A DNA stretch of 64,000 nucleotides from Candidatus Marinacidobacterium sp. (GTDB lineage Bacteria; Acidobacteriota; Vicinamibacteria; Marinacidobacterales; Marinacidobacteraceae). Where the stretch lies: positions 1,312,001 through 1,376,000 of the forward strand of contig OZ242011.1 in the NCBI GenBank assembly GCA_965204755.1. Direction: 5' to 3'. This document shows positions 38,552 through 54,326 of this stretch, in pieces (within the stretch, counting starts at the first letter, position 1; each line of letters starts with the position of its first letter). The notes beneath the pieces are model-generated. The model made no database searches and was not told the DNA's origin. It saw only the letters and a list, made by a program, of their open reading frames with translations. The position numbers and the translations under genes were made by a program.

Positions 38552-41500
38552 CTACGGCGCCTCGCCCAGATAGGACAGTTCCTGCGCCGCCTCTCGCTGG
38601 CGGGCGAGGATCGCGTCCCGACGGGCGGTGACCTCCTCCGGGAGGAAGAACTTCTGGTGTTGCCCGAGTCCCGTACCGGCCGGCACCAGGCGGCCCATGA
38701 TGACATTCTCCTTGAGCCCGAGCAGTTGGTCCACCTTGCCGTTGAGCGAGGCCTCGGTGAGCACCTTGGTCGTCTCCTGGAAGGAGGCGGCGGAAATGAA
38801 ACTGTCCGTCGCCAGCGAGGCCTTGGTCAGGCCCAGCAGCATCGGGTCGCCTTCGGCGGTCTTCCCGCCCTCCTGCTCCGCCTTGGTGTTCGCCCGGGCG
38901 AACTCGTGGCGGTCGAGAACCGAGTCGGCGATGAGGTCGGTGTCCCCGACATCCTTCACCCGCACCCAGCGCATCATCCGGCTGATGATGACCTCGATGT
39001 GCTTGTCGTCTATCACGACTCCCTGCAGCCGATAGACCTCCTGCACCTCGTGCACCAGATAGCGCTGCAACTCGCCCTCCCCGAGCACGCGGAGGATGTC
39101 GTGGGGGTTGCGCGGCCCGTCCATGAGCGGATCGCCGGCGCGCACATCCTCGTGCTCCCGCACGCTGATGTGCACTCCTCGGGGCACTTCGTACTCGCGG
39201 GGTTCGCCGCCGCCATCGGGAACGACCCGGACCAGGCGCTTGCCCTTGCGCACATCGCCGTACTCCAGCCGCCCGTCTATCTCGCTGATCAAGGCCGGGG
39301 CCTTCGGCGGGCGCGCCTCGAAGAGTTCCACCACGCGGGGCAGCCCCCCGGTGATGTCCTTGGTCTTCGTCGTTTCGCGCGGGATCTTGGCGAGGACATC
39401 GCCCGGACGGACGACATCGTCCTCCCCCACCTCGAGATGCGCCCGGGACGGCATGAGGTAGGTGCGGAGGACACTTCCCTCCGGGCCGGTGATCTCGATC
39501 CTCGGCTCGTGGCGGTCGTCCGAGGACTCGATGATGACGGGTTGCGACCGGAAGGTCACATTGTCCACTTCCTGGATCATCGTGATGTCGCTGATGATGT
39601 CCCGGAAACGGACGGTTCCGCCTTCCTCCGAGAGGATGGAGAAACTGTAGGGATCCCACTCCACGATCACTTGCCCGGGCGAGACCCGGTCTCCGGCCGA
39701 GGCCTTGATCCTCGCGCCGTACACCACCGGATGGCTCTCGAGCGGACGCCCCTCCCCGTCCACGACTTCCACGGCGCCGGAGCGGCTGATGACCACGAGG
39801 TTGCCGTGGCGGTCGCGCACCAGGCCGGAGCGGCGAACGCCGTTCGCCTCCGGCTCGGCCTCGGCGCCGCTTTCCGAACCGGCATTCGAGCCGGGTTCGG
39901 GCATCCTCAGGTTTTCGGAGAACCGGATGGCCCCCTCGTTTCGAGCCTCGAGCGCCGAGTTCTCGAAGACGCTCGCGGTCCCCCCGATGTGGAAAGTGCG
40001 CATCGTGAGTTGCGTACCGGGTTCACCGATGGACTGCGCCGCGATGATGCCGACGGCCTCGCCGAGATCCACGAGTTTGCCGGTCGCGAGGTTCCTGCCG
40101 TAGCACATCGCGCAGACGCCTCGTTTCGCGTCGCAAGTCAGAACCGAGCGGATCTTGACCTTCTGGACGCCGGCGTTCTCGATCTCGCCGGCGATCCGCT
40201 CGCTGATCTCCTGGCCGGCGTCCACGATGAGTTCATTCGTGAAGTCCTTGACCTCGTCGAGACTGACCCGGCCCACGATCCGCTCGCGCAGCGGCTCGAT
40301 CACCTCGCCGGCTTCGATGATCGGCTCGGCGTAGATGCCCCGCAGGGTCCCGCAGTCCCGCAGAGTGACGATCACATCCTGCGCCACATCGGCGAGCCTC
40401 CGCGTGAGATACCCGGCGTCCGCGGTCCGAAGAGCCGTGTCGGCGAGACCCTTGCGCGCCCCGTTCGTGGAGATGAAGTACTGGATGACGCTCAGTCCCT
40501 CGCGGAAGTTGCTGGTGATCGGCGTCTCGATGATCGCGCCGGTCGTCTTGGCCATCAGGCCGCGCATTCCCGCGAGTTGGCGGATCTGCTTCTCGCTGCC
40601 TCTGGCGCCGGAGTCCACCATCATGAACACCGGGCTGAAGCGTCCGGTCGCCCGCTCCCGAGCCTGCATGGTGGCGAGCATGTCCTCCGCCACCCGGTTC
40701 GTGGTGTTCGACCAGACATCGATCACCTTGTTGTAGCGCTCACCCTCGGTGATCGCCCCCTCTTGGTACTGCGCCTCCACCCGGCCGACTTCGGCCTTCG
40801 CGTCCTCGACGAGCGCCGCCTTGTTCGGGGGAACGACCAGGTCTCCGAGCCCGATGGAGGTGCCGCTCAGGGTCGCGTAGTGGAACCCCAAGTCCTTCAG
40901 CGCATCGAGAACCCGCGCGCTCTCTTCGAGCCCGTAGCGCAGGTAGATGAGTCTGACCAGGTTCTGGATGCCCTTCTTCTTGAGGACACCGTTCACGAAC
41001 GGGGCCTCCTCGGGCAAGTGGTCGTTGAAGATGACCCTGCCCACCGTCGTGGCGATTCGCCGGCGCTCGACCCGAGTGGTCTCGATCCGGAGCAGGTTCT
41101 GGCTGTCGTGGGTGTCCATGACTTCGCCGGTGTACCGCAACTCGATCGGCGTCAGCGTGGACACTTCACCGCTGTCGAGAGCGAGGAGGACATCCTCGGT
41201 GGTCGCGAAGACCTTCTTCTTCTCCGGAGGGATGACCTGGGGCTTCGTCAGGTAGTAGATGCCGAGCACCATGTCCTGGGTCGGGACGGCGAGCGGGCCG
41301 CCGTGCGCCGGCGACAGGATGTTCCGCGACGAACGCATGAGGACCGACGCTTCGATCTGCGCCTCCGGCGACAGCGGCACATGGACCGCCATCTGGTCGC
41401 CGTCGAAGTCCGCGTTGAACGCGCTGCACACCAGCGGATGGATGCGGATCGCCTTTCCTTCCACGAGGACCGGCTCGAACGCCTGGATGCCGAGCCGGTG

Positions 41501-44125
41501 GAGGGTCGGCGCGCGGTTCAACAGCACGAAGTGCCCGCTGATGACCTCTTCCAGGAAGTCCCAGACCTCCGGCCGCTGCTGTTCCACGAGTTCCCGGGCC
41601 TGTTTGATCGTGTCCGCCAGCCCCTCCGCCTCCAAGCGGTTGAACAGGAACGGCTTGAACAACTCCAGCGCCATCTTCTTGGGAAGGCCGCACTGGTGCA
41701 GTCTCAGTTCAGGGCCGACGACGATGACCGAGCGTCCGGAATAGTCCACCCGCTTCCCGAGCAGGTTCTGGCGAAAACGCCCCTGCTTGCCCTTCAGAGT
41801 GTCGGAGAGGGACTTGAGGGGTCGGTTGTTCGTGCCCTTGAGGACGCGGCCGCGGCGGCCGTTGTCGAAGAGAGCATCCACCGCTTCCTGGAGCATCCGC
41901 TTTTCGTTGCGAACGATCACATCGGGCGCCCGGAGTTCGAGCAACCGGCGCAGTCGGTTGTTGCGGTTGATGACCTTTCGGTACAACTCGTTCAGGTCGC
42001 TGGTCGCGAACCGTCCGCCGTCGAGCGGCACGAGGGGCCGCAGGTCCGGCGGGAGGACCGGTATCGCCTCCATGATCATCCACTCCGGAAGATTTCCGGA
42101 CTTGCGGAAGGCGTCCACCACCTTCAGGCGCTTGGCTGCCTTGGCCTTCTTCTGGATCGAGCGTTCGTTCCGCATCGCATCCCGAAGTTCCACCGCAAGG
42201 GCGTCGAGGTCGGCCTCGCGCAGCAACTGTTTGGCCGCGCCGGCGCCCATGTCCGCAGTGAAAGTCCGGCCCGGCGTCTTCATCCGCTCGCGGAATTCCG
42301 CATCGGACCGACCGAACAGCCGCTTCAGCAAGCGGTCCTGCTCCTCGGTGACGACCTGACCCTTGCGCAGGACGCCGAGCCGGACATTCGCGATACGGAA
42401 GCGTCGCGGGATCTCCCCGAACGAGAAGCGGAACAGCGGCTGCAGGAGCGCGATCTCGGCCTCGGTGAAAGTCTCGCTCCGCTCCTGCAGCAGTTCGAGA
42501 TTCACATCTCCCGGATCCCGCACTTCGTGGATCGAGTCGAGCCGGTAGAGACACTTCCTCGTGCCGCGAATCTTCATCCGCTCGCGGAACTCGGTGTCCG
42601 TGGAGCCGAACAGTCTCCTGAGCACCCGGTCCTGCTCTCCGGTCACGACCTGCTCCGGGCGGAGTTCGCCGATCTTCACGCGGCCTACCCGGTAACTCTC
42701 CTCGAAGTCGAACAGAGTGTGCAGCGCCGAAAGGTCGGCAGCGCTGAGCAGGGTCTTCGCCTCGCGAACGAGAGCCAGATCCACATCCCCCGGATCGAGG
42801 ATTTCGTGGACCGAGTCCATACGGTGGAGGGTCTTCTTCCCGCGGAGTTTCATCCGGCTGCGGAACTCGGTGTCCGTTTTGCCGAAGAGCCGCTTCAGCA
42901 ACCCGTGCTGTTCGTCGGTGAGCGGCTGACCCTTCCGGAGGGCGCCGACGGTCACCTCCGAAACGACCTGACGGTCCTCGCCGCTCTTTTCGGTTTGGAA
43001 CTCGAACAGTTCGCCGAGACCGGAGACATCGTCGTCGGTCAACTCGACCTTGCGGTCGCGAAGCAGTTCGACGCTCACCTGCCCCGGATCGAGAACGACC
43101 TGTGACACCAACTTGGAGCGGCAGGGACGACCCGGCTGCCCGATCTTCTTCTCGAACTCCTCTTCGTTCGAACCGAACAACTTCCGGAGCAGGTCCATCT
43201 GCCGGCCATGGAGTTGCCGGCCCCGCTCGAGAGTCCCCCGCGCGATCTCGCCGATCGGGTGGCGCCTCGCGGACGCTTCCGGTGCAAAGTCGAACAGTTC
43301 CTTGAGGGTCTTGAGTTCCTTCTTGCCGAACTCGATGCCCCGGTCGCGCAACTGGGAGAGGTTCACGGCTCCGGGGTCGAGGACGAACTGGGAGGTCAGC
43401 GTGGTGGTCGCCGGCCGGCCGGTCTTGCCGGTCCGGTCCCGGAAGTCCTCCTCCTTCTTCCCGAAGTACCGCTCGATCAGCAGCCGCTGCGCTTCGCTGA
43501 TGGACTGTCCCTTCTTCAGGACGCCTGCCTTGACCGAGGCGATCGAGAAGCGGCGATCGATCTCCTCGAAGGAGAAGGCGAACAGTTGCTGCAACGACGC
43601 CACTTCCTCGGCGTCGAAGAGATCCTTGCGCTCGCGCAGGAGGGAGATGTCCACATCGCCCGGATCGAGGACGATATAGGACTCGTAGTAGAGGACGCGT
43701 TCCAACTCGCGGGGGGTCAGGTCGAGAACCTGTCCGATGCGGCTCGGCGGCACCTTGAAGAACCAGACATGGGACACCGGGCACGCCAGTTCGATGTGCC
43801 CGAGCCGGCTGCGGCGGACGGAGGCCTGCGTCACTTCGACGCCGCACTTGTCGCAGACCACTCCGCGGTGCTTCATCCGCTTGTACTTGCCGCAACTGCA
43901 CTCCCAGTCGTTGACCGGCCCGAAGATCTGCGGGCAGAAGAGGCCGCCGCGCTCCGGCTTGAGCGTCCGGTAGTTGATCGTCTCGGCCTTGGTCACTTCT
44001 CCGTGCGACCAGGCCCGGATCTTCTCCGGCGCGGCGATCGAGATCTTGATCGCGTCGAAGTCCGAACTGAACGCCTCCCGCTCGTCGAGTTCCGGGAAGA
44101 TCCCGGTCGAGTCAGTCGTCTGCAT
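38552..44125 (-). CDS. rpoC: RNA polymerase beta' subunit, 1857 aa, with a large N-terminal tandem-repeat insertion
   Basis: Zn finger [44 protein letters not shown]. Confidence 0.98.
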   Translation of the reverse strand: MQTTDSTGIFPELDEREAFSSDFDAIKISIAAPEKIRAWSHGEVTKAETINYRTLKPERGGLFCPQIFGPVNDWECSCGKYKRMKHRGVVCDKCGVEVTQASVRRSRLGHIELACPVSHVWFFKVPPSRIGQVLDLTPRELERVLYYESYIVLDPGDVDISLLRERKDLFDAEEVASLQQLFAFSFEEIDRRFSIASVKAGVLKKGQSISEAQRLLIERYFGKKEEDFRDRTGKTGRPATTTLTSQFVLDPGAVNLSQLRDRGIEFGKKELKTLKELFDFAPEASARRHPIGEIARGTLERGRQLHGRQMDLLRKLFGSNEEEFEKKIGQPGRPCRSKLVSQVVLDPGQVSVELLRDRKVELTDDDVSGLGELFEFQTEKSGEDRQVVSEVTVGALRKGQPLTDEQHGLLKRLFGKTDTEFRSRMKLRGKKTLHRMDSVHEILDPGDVDLALVREAKTLLSAADLSALHTLFDFEESYRVGRVKIGELRPEQVVTGEQDRVLRRLFGSTDTEFRERMKIRGTRKCLYRLDSIHEVRDPGDVNLELLQERSETFTEAEIALLQPLFRFSFGEIPRRFRIANVRLGVLRKGQVVTEEQDRLLKRLFGRSDAEFRERMKTPGRTFTADMGAGAAKQLLREADLDALAVELRDAMRNERSIQKKAKAAKRLKVVDAFRKSGNLPEWMIMEAIPVLPPDLRPLVPLDGGRFATSDLNELYRKVINRNNRLRRLLELRAPDVIVRNEKRMLQEAVDALFDNGRRGRVLKGTNNRPLKSLSDTLKGKQGRFRQNLLGKRVDYSGRSVIVVGPELRLHQCGLPKKMALELFKPFLFNRLEAEGLADTIKQARELVEQQRPEVWDFLEEVISGHFVLLNRAPTLHRLGIQAFEPVLVEGKAIRIHPLVCSAFNADFDGDQMAVHVPLSPEAQIEASVLMRSSRNILSPAHGGPLAVPTQDMVLGIYYLTKPQVIPPEKKKVFATTEDVLLALDSGEVSTLTPIELRYTGEVMDTHDSQNLLRIETTRVERRRIATTVGRVIFNDHLPEEAPFVNGVLKKKGIQNLVRLIYLRYGLEESARVLDALKDLGFHYATLSGTSIGLGDLVVPPNKAALVEDAKAEVGRVEAQYQEGAITEGERYNKVIDVWSNTTNRVAEDMLATMQARERATGRFSPVFMMVDSGARGSEKQIRQLAGMRGLMAKTTGAIIETPITSNFREGLSVIQYFISTNGARKGLADTALRTADAGYLTRRLADVAQDVIVTLRDCGTLRGIYAEPIIEAGEVIEPLRERIVGRVSLDEVKDFTNELIVDAGQEISERIAGEIENAGVQKVKIRSVLTCDAKRGVCAMCYGRNLATGKLVDLGEAVGIIAAQSIGEPGTQLTMRTFHIGGTASVFENSALEARNEGAIRFSENLRMPEPGSNAGSESGAEAEPEANGVRRSGLVRDRHGNLVVISRSGAVEVVDGEGRPLESHPVVYGARIKASAGDRVSPGQVIVEWDPYSFSILSEEGGTVRFRDIISDITMIQEVDNVTFRSQPVIIESSDDRHEPRIEITGPEGSVLRTYLMPSRAHLEVGEDDVVRPGDVLAKIPRETTKTKDITGGLPRVVELFEARPPKAPALISEIDGRLEYGDVRKGKRLVRVVPDGGGEPREYEVPRGVHISVREHEDVRAGDPLMDGPRNPHDILRVLGEGELQRYLVHEVQEVYRLQGVVIDDKHIEVIISRMMRWVRVKDVGDTDLIADSVLDRHEFARANTKAEQEGGKTAEGDPMLLGLTKASLATDSFISAASFQETTKVLTEASLNGKVDQLLGLKENVIMGRLVPAGTGLGQHQKFFLPEEVTARRDAILARQREAAQELSYLGEAP
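42263..43675 (-). repeat. Five in-frame protein repeats (96, 96, 98, 93, 88 aa) within rpoC
   Basis: Units start at 43675, 43387, 43099, 42805 and 42526, each with (L/R)DPG...LF.F...G.L...LFG...(E/D)F. Confidence 0.9.
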
Positions 44126-44194
44126 GAGGCGTCCTCCCGCCCGGATACATCGTGTTCCGTTCGCACCCGTCAGGTGCGTTCGCCTGAGTCCCGG

Positions 44195-48430
<4,236 letters not shown>

Positions 48431-48620
48431 GAGGAGAGTCACCGGGAGAAGAGTCGCCGGACCGGAGTCATCGGGCGAAGATCATGGGAGACGGGAGGAC
48501 CCGGGTCGAAACCGGCCGCATCCGTCCGCGGGGCTCCGCTCCCCCGGGGCGCCGCCGGGACACGCGGGGCCGGCGGAGGACCGGGGGCCGGGAGGCCGAT
48601 CGACACGAAGGCGATCCGCT

Positions 48621-48998
48621 CTACTTGATCTCGATCGTCGCGCCGACTTCGCTGAACTTCTCCTGGAGCGCTTTGGCTTCCTCCATCGGCACTGCTTCGC
48701 GAACCGCCTTGGGGGCTTCTTCGACGAGCGCCTTCGCTTCGCGCAGACCGAGACTGGTGGCCTCGCGTACCGCCTTGATGACCTTCACCTTGTTCGGACC
48801 GATCTCGGTGAGGACGGCGTCGAACTCGGTCTTCTCTTCGGCGGGGGCGGCGCCGTTCCCGGCGGCGACCGCCACCGGCATCGCCTGGGCGGCGGACACG
48901 CCGAGTTCTTCCTCGAGCGTCTTGACGAGTTCGGACAACTCGAGCACGGTGAGCGACTTGATGTGCTCGACCACATCCTGTTGGGTGAGGGTGGACAT
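48621..48998 (-). CDS. rplL: 50S ribosomal protein L7/L12
   Basis: [34 protein letters not shown]. Confidence 0.96.
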   Translation of the reverse strand: MSTLTQQDVVEHIKSLTVLELSELVKTLEEELGVSAAQAMPVAVAAGNGAAPAEEKTEFDAVLTEIGPNKVKVIKAVREATSLGLREAKALVEEAPKAVREAVPMEEAKALQEKFSEVGATIEIK

Positions 48999-49083
48999 GT
49001 TCTGACGACGACTCCTTAGCGGTTCGAAGCGGGGGGATCGCTGGGGATCGGGGTTCGGGCGCCCGGGGTTCGGGCGATCGGAA

Positions 49084-49608
49084 TCACGCGCTCTCCTCGG
49101 CCTTCTGCCGGGCGGCGCGGAGCACCAGGATGAGGTTTCTCGGTACGCCCTGGAGGACGCCGAGCAGGTTGCGGAGCGGGGCGGCGAGCGTGCCGACGAG
49201 TTGCGCTTCGAGTTGCTCCCGGCCGGGAAGTTTGGCCAAGGCCTCGAACTCGTCGGTCCCGACCGCCCGACTCGACACCACGCCGCCCTTGTAGGCGAGG
49301 GTGTCGAAATCGGCCATGCTCTCGTGAAGCGCCTTGGCGAGGCCCACCACATCCCCGTCGGACCAGGCGAGCCCGGTCATTCCGGTGAGGTGGTCGTCGA
49401 GGCCCTCGACGCCGGCGCCGCGAAACGCCCAACGGGCGGTGCTGTTCTTCACCACCCGGCAAACGCCGCCGGCGCCCCGGACCCGGCGCCGGAGGTCCGT
49501 GACTTCCGAGACGGTCATCCCCCGGAAATCGAAGGAGAAGATCGCCTGCGGCGTCTTCAGTTCTTCGGCCAGGTCGGCGGCGGCGCGGTGCTTGTCTTTG
49601 CGATGCAT
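49084..49608 (-). CDS. rplJ: 50S ribosomal protein L10
   Basis: DFRGMTV....LRR, VVKN, LAKLP.REQL; between rplA and rplL. Confidence 0.93.
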   Translation of the reverse strand: MHRKDKHRAAADLAEELKTPQAIFSFDFRGMTVSEVTDLRRRVRGAGGVCRVVKNSTARWAFRGAGVEGLDDHLTGMTGLAWSDGDVVGLAKALHESMADFDTLAYKGGVVSSRAVGTDEFEALAKLPGREQLEAQLVGTLAAPLRNLLGVLQGVPRNLILVLRAARQKAEESA

Positions 49609-49625
49609 GACTGCGGGGAAGAGGC

Positions 49626-50315
49626 CTAACGGGAGCCGACCATCGTCGGGTTGATGGAGAGCCCGGGCGTCATCGTGAGGCTGAGCGCCACGCTCTTGAT
49701 GTAGCGGCCCTTGGCGGCGGCCGGCTTCGCCCGGATCACGGCGGCCACGAAGGCCAGCGTGTTCTCCGCCAGGTTCTCGTCGGAGAAGGAGCGCTTGCCT
49801 ACCGGGGCGTGGATATTCGAGGTCTTGTCCACCCGGTAGTCCACCTTGCCGGCCTTGATCTCCCGGACCGCCTCGGCCACCTCGAAGGTCACCGTTCCCG
49901 ACTTCGGGTTCGGCATCAGACCGCGGGGGCCGAGGATGCGCCCCAACTTGCCGACGGCCCGCATCATGTCGGGGGTGGCCACGACGGCTTCGAAGTCGAG
50001 GAAGCCGCCCTGGATCTTCTCCACCAGGTCGTCGCCGCCCACGAGGTCGGCGCCGGCGTCTTCGGCCTCCTTCGCCCGTTCGCCGGAGGCGATCACCGCC
50101 ACGCGCCGGGAGATCCCGAGACCGTGCGGGAGGACGATGGAGCCGCGCACCATCTGGTCCGCGTGGCGCGGATCCACCCCGAGCCGCATCGCGATCTCCG
50201 CGGTCTCGTCGAACCGGGCGAAACTCGCTTCGCGCAGCGCGGCGAACACTTCCGGAAGGGTCTCGAAACTCGCGCCGGCGAGTTTTTCGCGAGCCGCCCG
50301 GTACTTGTTGCCCAT
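49626..50315 (-). CDS. rplA: 50S ribosomal protein L1
   Basis: [33 protein letters not shown]. Confidence 0.97.
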   Translation of the reverse strand: MGNKYRAAREKLAGASFETLPEVFAALREASFARFDETAEIAMRLGVDPRHADQMVRGSIVLPHGLGISRRVAVIASGERAKEAEDAGADLVGGDDLVEKIQGGFLDFEAVVATPDMMRAVGKLGRILGPRGLMPNPKSGTVTFEVAEAVREIKAGKVDYRVDKTSNIHAPVGKRSFSDENLAENTLAFVAAVIRAKPAAAKGRYIKSVALSLTMTPGLSINPTMVGSR

Positions 50316-50329
50316 CTCGCCGCCCCCCG

Positions 50330-50788
50330 TCAGTTGCTCGCCGCGGCCTCGCCGAGGCCGGTGACTTCGATACCCATGCTCCGCGCCGTGCCCATGACGA
50401 TCCGGCGGGCGGCTTCGAGGTCGGCTGCGTTGAGATCGGGCAACTTGATCTTGGCGATCTCGTCCACCTGGTCGCGGGACACCGAGCCCACCCGGTTCCG
50501 GTTCGGCTCGCCCGAGCCCTTGGCGATGCCGGCCGCCCGCTTCAGGAGGGCCGCCGCCGGGGGCGTCTTCGTGATGAAACTGAAGGAACGGTCCTTGTAC
50601 ACCGTCACCACGCACGGAACGATCATGCCGGCGTCCTTCTGCGTTTCGGCGTTGAACGCCTTGCAAAAGTCCATGATGTTGATTCCGTGCTGACCGAGCG
50701 CCGGCCCGACCGGAGGCGCCGGGGTGGCCTTGCCGCCGGGCAGTTGGATCTTGGCGATGCCGAGTATCGGCTTCGACGGACGGGCCAT
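50330..50788 (-). CDS. rplK: 50S ribosomal protein L11
   Basis: [29 protein letters not shown]. Confidence 0.97.
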   Translation of the reverse strand: MARPSKPILGIAKIQLPGGKATPAPPVGPALGQHGINIMDFCKAFNAETQKDAGMIVPCVVTVYKDRSFSFITKTPPAAALLKRAAGIAKGSGEPNRNRVGSVSRDQVDEIAKIKLPDLNAADLEAARRIVMGTARSMGIEVTGLGEAAASN

Positions 50789-50836
50789 GGCGGGGATTCC
50801 TGGGGTCTTCGAGTGCTCGGGGCGGTCGCGGCTACT

Positions 50837-50913
50837 TCAGATCTCTTCTTCAGATCTTTTCGACCTCAGATCTTCTCGACCTCAGATCTTCTCGACCTCA
50901 GATCTTCTCGACC
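50837..50913. repeat. 16-bp tandem repeat copying the nusG 3' end (4 full copies + 1 partial)
   Basis: TCAGATCTTCTCGACC at 50898, 50882, 50866 and 50850 (1 mismatch); partial copy at 50837. Confidence 0.9.
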
Positions 50914-51425
50914 TCGAGGAATTCGAGTTCGACCGGGGTGGCTCGCCCGAAGATGGTCACCATGACCTTCAACCGGCTGCGCTCCTGCTGGACTTCATCC
51001 ACCACGCCGTGGAAACTGCTGAACGGCCCGTGGATGATGCGTACGGACTCGCCCGGCTCGAAGGTGTGCTTGAGTTTCGGGCGCTCGCTGTCATCTTTCA
51101 TCTGCGTCCGGATGCGTTCCACCTCTTCGGTGTCCATGGGCTGCGGCTTGTGCGGCGGCACGAACCCCATGACCTTGTCGGTGTTCTTGACCATCTGCCA
51201 GGTGTCCGCGTTCATCTCCATGTTCACGAGCACATAGCCGGGGTACACCTGCTTCGTGGTCACGACCCGCCGGCCGCCCTTCATCTCGACCACCTTTTCG
51301 GTCGGGATGAGGATGTCACCGAACTTTTCGCTGAGGTCGTAGGCCTTGGCCCGGTGCACCAACGACTCCTTGACATGCTCCTCGAACTTGGAGTGCGTGG
51401 AAACGATGAACCATTCCATGCCCAT
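50898..51425 (-). CDS. nusG: Transcription termination/antitermination factor NusG
   Basis: YPGYVLV, KOW motif [21 protein letters not shown]. Confidence 0.97.
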   Translation of the reverse strand: MGMEWFIVSTHSKFEEHVKESLVHRAKAYDLSEKFGDILIPTEKVVEMKGGRRVVTTKQVYPGYVLVNMEMNADTWQMVKNTDKVMGFVPPHKPQPMDTEEVERIRTQMKDDSERPKLKHTFEPGESVRIIHGPFSSFHGVVDEVQQERSRLKVMVTIFGRATPVELEFLEVEKI

Positions 51426-51430
51426 GGCGG

Positions 51431-51643
51431 TCACCCGGTGATCAGGTTCGTGATGAACGCCGAGACATAGGACATCGCGATGTCCAGCCCGTACAGGTAG
51501 AACCCGAAGAAAAAGACCGTGATGAGCACGATGATCGTCGTGCCGCGGACCTCGTTCCGGGTCGGCCAGGTCACCTTGCCCACTTCGGTTCGCACCGCGG
51601 TGAGGAAGGTGCGCGCGGCGCCGGCGCGTTCGAGCACGCTCAT
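51431..51643 (-). CDS. secE: Preprotein translocase SecE
   Basis: E..KVTWPTR.E followed by one TM helix; upstream of nusG. Confidence 0.93.
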   Translation of the reverse strand: MSVLERAGAARTFLTAVRTEVGKVTWPTRNEVRGTTIIVLITVFFFGFYLYGLDIAMSYVSAFITNLITG

Positions 51644-51688
51644 CGCCGCCCCCCGGAGTGAGCCGGCCATCGCGGGTCGAGCGCGGGG

Positions 51689-51764
51689 TGGCAGGCCAGG
51701 AGGGGATCGAACCCACAACCCCCGGTTTTGGAGACCGGTGCTCTGCCGATTGAGCTACTGGCCT
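51689..51764 (-). tRNA. tRNA-Trp(CCA)
   Basis: AGGCCAG acceptor stem, CCGGT-CTCCAAA-ACCGG anticodon arm, encoded CCA. Confidence 0.96.
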
Positions 51765-51872
51765 TCCCACCCCTCGCGCCCGGCGAGGACGGTTCGAACG
51801 ACGGCGCCGAGGCGGAGGTTCGCCGAAGGGACGCCGCCGGCGGCAGCGGCCGGACGAGGGCCGACTGTCGGG

Positions 51873-52037
51873 TCACTTGGTCTCCCGGTGCAGCACATGC
51901 CCGCGGCAGAAGCGGCAGAACTTCCTGAGTTCCATCCGGCCCGGGTGTTTCGCGCGGTTCTTGGTGGTGGAGTAGGTGCGCCGCCGGCAATCGGTGCAGG
52001 CCAGGGTGACGATCAGCCGTTTCCGGTCGCGGGCCAT
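51873..52037 (-). CDS. rpmG: 50S ribosomal protein L33 (Zn-binding type), missing from the ORF track
   Basis: Manual translation MARDRKRLIVTLACTDCRRRTYSTTKNRAKHPGRMELRKFCRFCRGHVLHRETK, 54 aa. Confidence 0.95.
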   Translation of the reverse strand: MARDRKRLIVTLACTDCRRRTYSTTKNRAKHPGRMELRKFCRFCRGHVLHRETK

Positions 52038-52176
52038 GGACGGACCTCAGGAGGCGGACGGCGCGAGGACGGCCGGGACCGGCCCCGCCCGGAAGCGCGT
52101 CACGATGTCGTCTCCGGAGCGGTGGCTTCGAGTCGGGGCTTCGAGTCGGGGCGTCGAGTCTGGGAGGGCGCCGGAA

Positions 52177-53364
<1,188 letters not shown>

Positions 53365-53465
53365 GATGAAGGGTCTCCTTGCCGGCGAGTTCGGAAGTCA
53401 GAGGATCCCGGCGATGGTCACCCGCGCGCCGAAGGAGGCGGCGGGCCCGGGAGCGGGAACGGGAG

Positions 53466-53540
<75 letters not shown>

Positions 53541-53603
53541 GAAAGGGCGATCCGGCGAGCCGCGACTCCCCGGAGGCGCCGCCTCCGGGCCCGCCCGGAC
53601 GGG

Positions 53604-53679
53604 TGGAGCGGGAGACGGGGTTCGAACCCGCGACCCTCAGCTTGGAAGGCTGATGCTCTGCCAACTGAGCTACTCCCGC
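53604..53679 (-). tRNA. tRNA-Gly(TCC)
   Basis: GCGGGAG acceptor stem, CTTCCAA loop, encoded CCA. Confidence 0.95.
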
Positions 53680-53883
53680 GGAGCACCCGGCGCGAGGCGG
53701 GATGGCGCCCGCGGTCTTCGGGAAGGGCATGAGGGATGGACGGACGGTGGGCCGGAGCGAAGGGGAGGGGCGGGAAGCGACGGTGTTGCGGTTTCGGCGG
53801 GGCGGAGGCGGCGGGTTTCGGGAAGGGCGGGAGCGGTCGGAGGGGGCGGTTGGAGCGAAGGCGGCGGGGGAGCGGGCCGGCGG

Positions 53884-53966
53884 TGGAGCGGGGAGGATTC
53901 GAACCTCCGAAGGCAGATGCCGGCAGGTTTACAGCCTGCTGCGTTTGGCCGCTTCGCTACCACTCC
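53884..53966 (-). tRNA. tRNA-Tyr(GTA)
   Basis: GGAGTGG/CCGCTCC stem, CTGTAAA loop, long variable arm; followed by CCG, so CCA is not encoded. Confidence 0.93.
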
Positions 53967-54204
53967 GGGCGCCGCCGCGCCGGCTCACCGGGGCGCCCAG
54001 GCGGACCGGAGCCGGCGGAAGCAGCGGGATGCGGAACGGCGAACCGTCGGTCGGGATGACGATTCGCGGGAGGGTTCCGGGGGCGGACCGACCGGTGGCC
54101 CGCCCCGGATCAGCCGGCCCGGGCGCGCCCTCTCGCCCCGGCGCCCGGCAGCGTCCGCGTGAGCGCGCCGAAGCGACGACTCCCGAAACCGGACCTGAAC
54201 CCGG

Positions 54205-54277
54205 GGCTGGCGAAGGGACTTGAACCCTTGACCGGCTGATTACAAATCAGCTGCTCTGCCTCCTGAGCTACGCCAGC
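54205..54277 (-). tRNA. tRNA-Thr(TGT)
   Basis: GCTGGCG/CGCCAGC stem, GCTGA-TTTGTAA-TCAGC arm; CCA is not encoded. Confidence 0.93.
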
Positions 54278-54296
54278 GAGCACCGGCGAACAAGTG

Positions 54297-54326
54297 ATTA
54301 TAGAGCCGCCGGAACACGCCTGTCAA
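54297..54326 (-). promoter_or_regulatory. Consensus sigma70 promoter of the tRNA-tuf operon
   Basis: TTGACA-18 bp-TATAAT; the -35 hexamer contains the rlmB TGA stop. Confidence 0.88.

Noticed and set aside
39365-39975. ~200-aa insertion in the RpoC trigger loop
   Set aside because: Corresponds to the well-known SI3/beta'i6 insertion; only a short low-complexity extra stretch is unusual.
42263-43675. Intein or assembly duplication as the explanation of the rpoC insertion
   Set aside because: No C/S...HN-C/S/T splice junction or LAGLIDADG motif is seen. The units are strongly diverged at DNA level and vary in length, unlike a mis-assembled repeat.
50837-50913. CRISPR-like array
   Set aside because: The units are contiguous 16-mers with no spacers, derived from the nusG end; no cas genes in the window.
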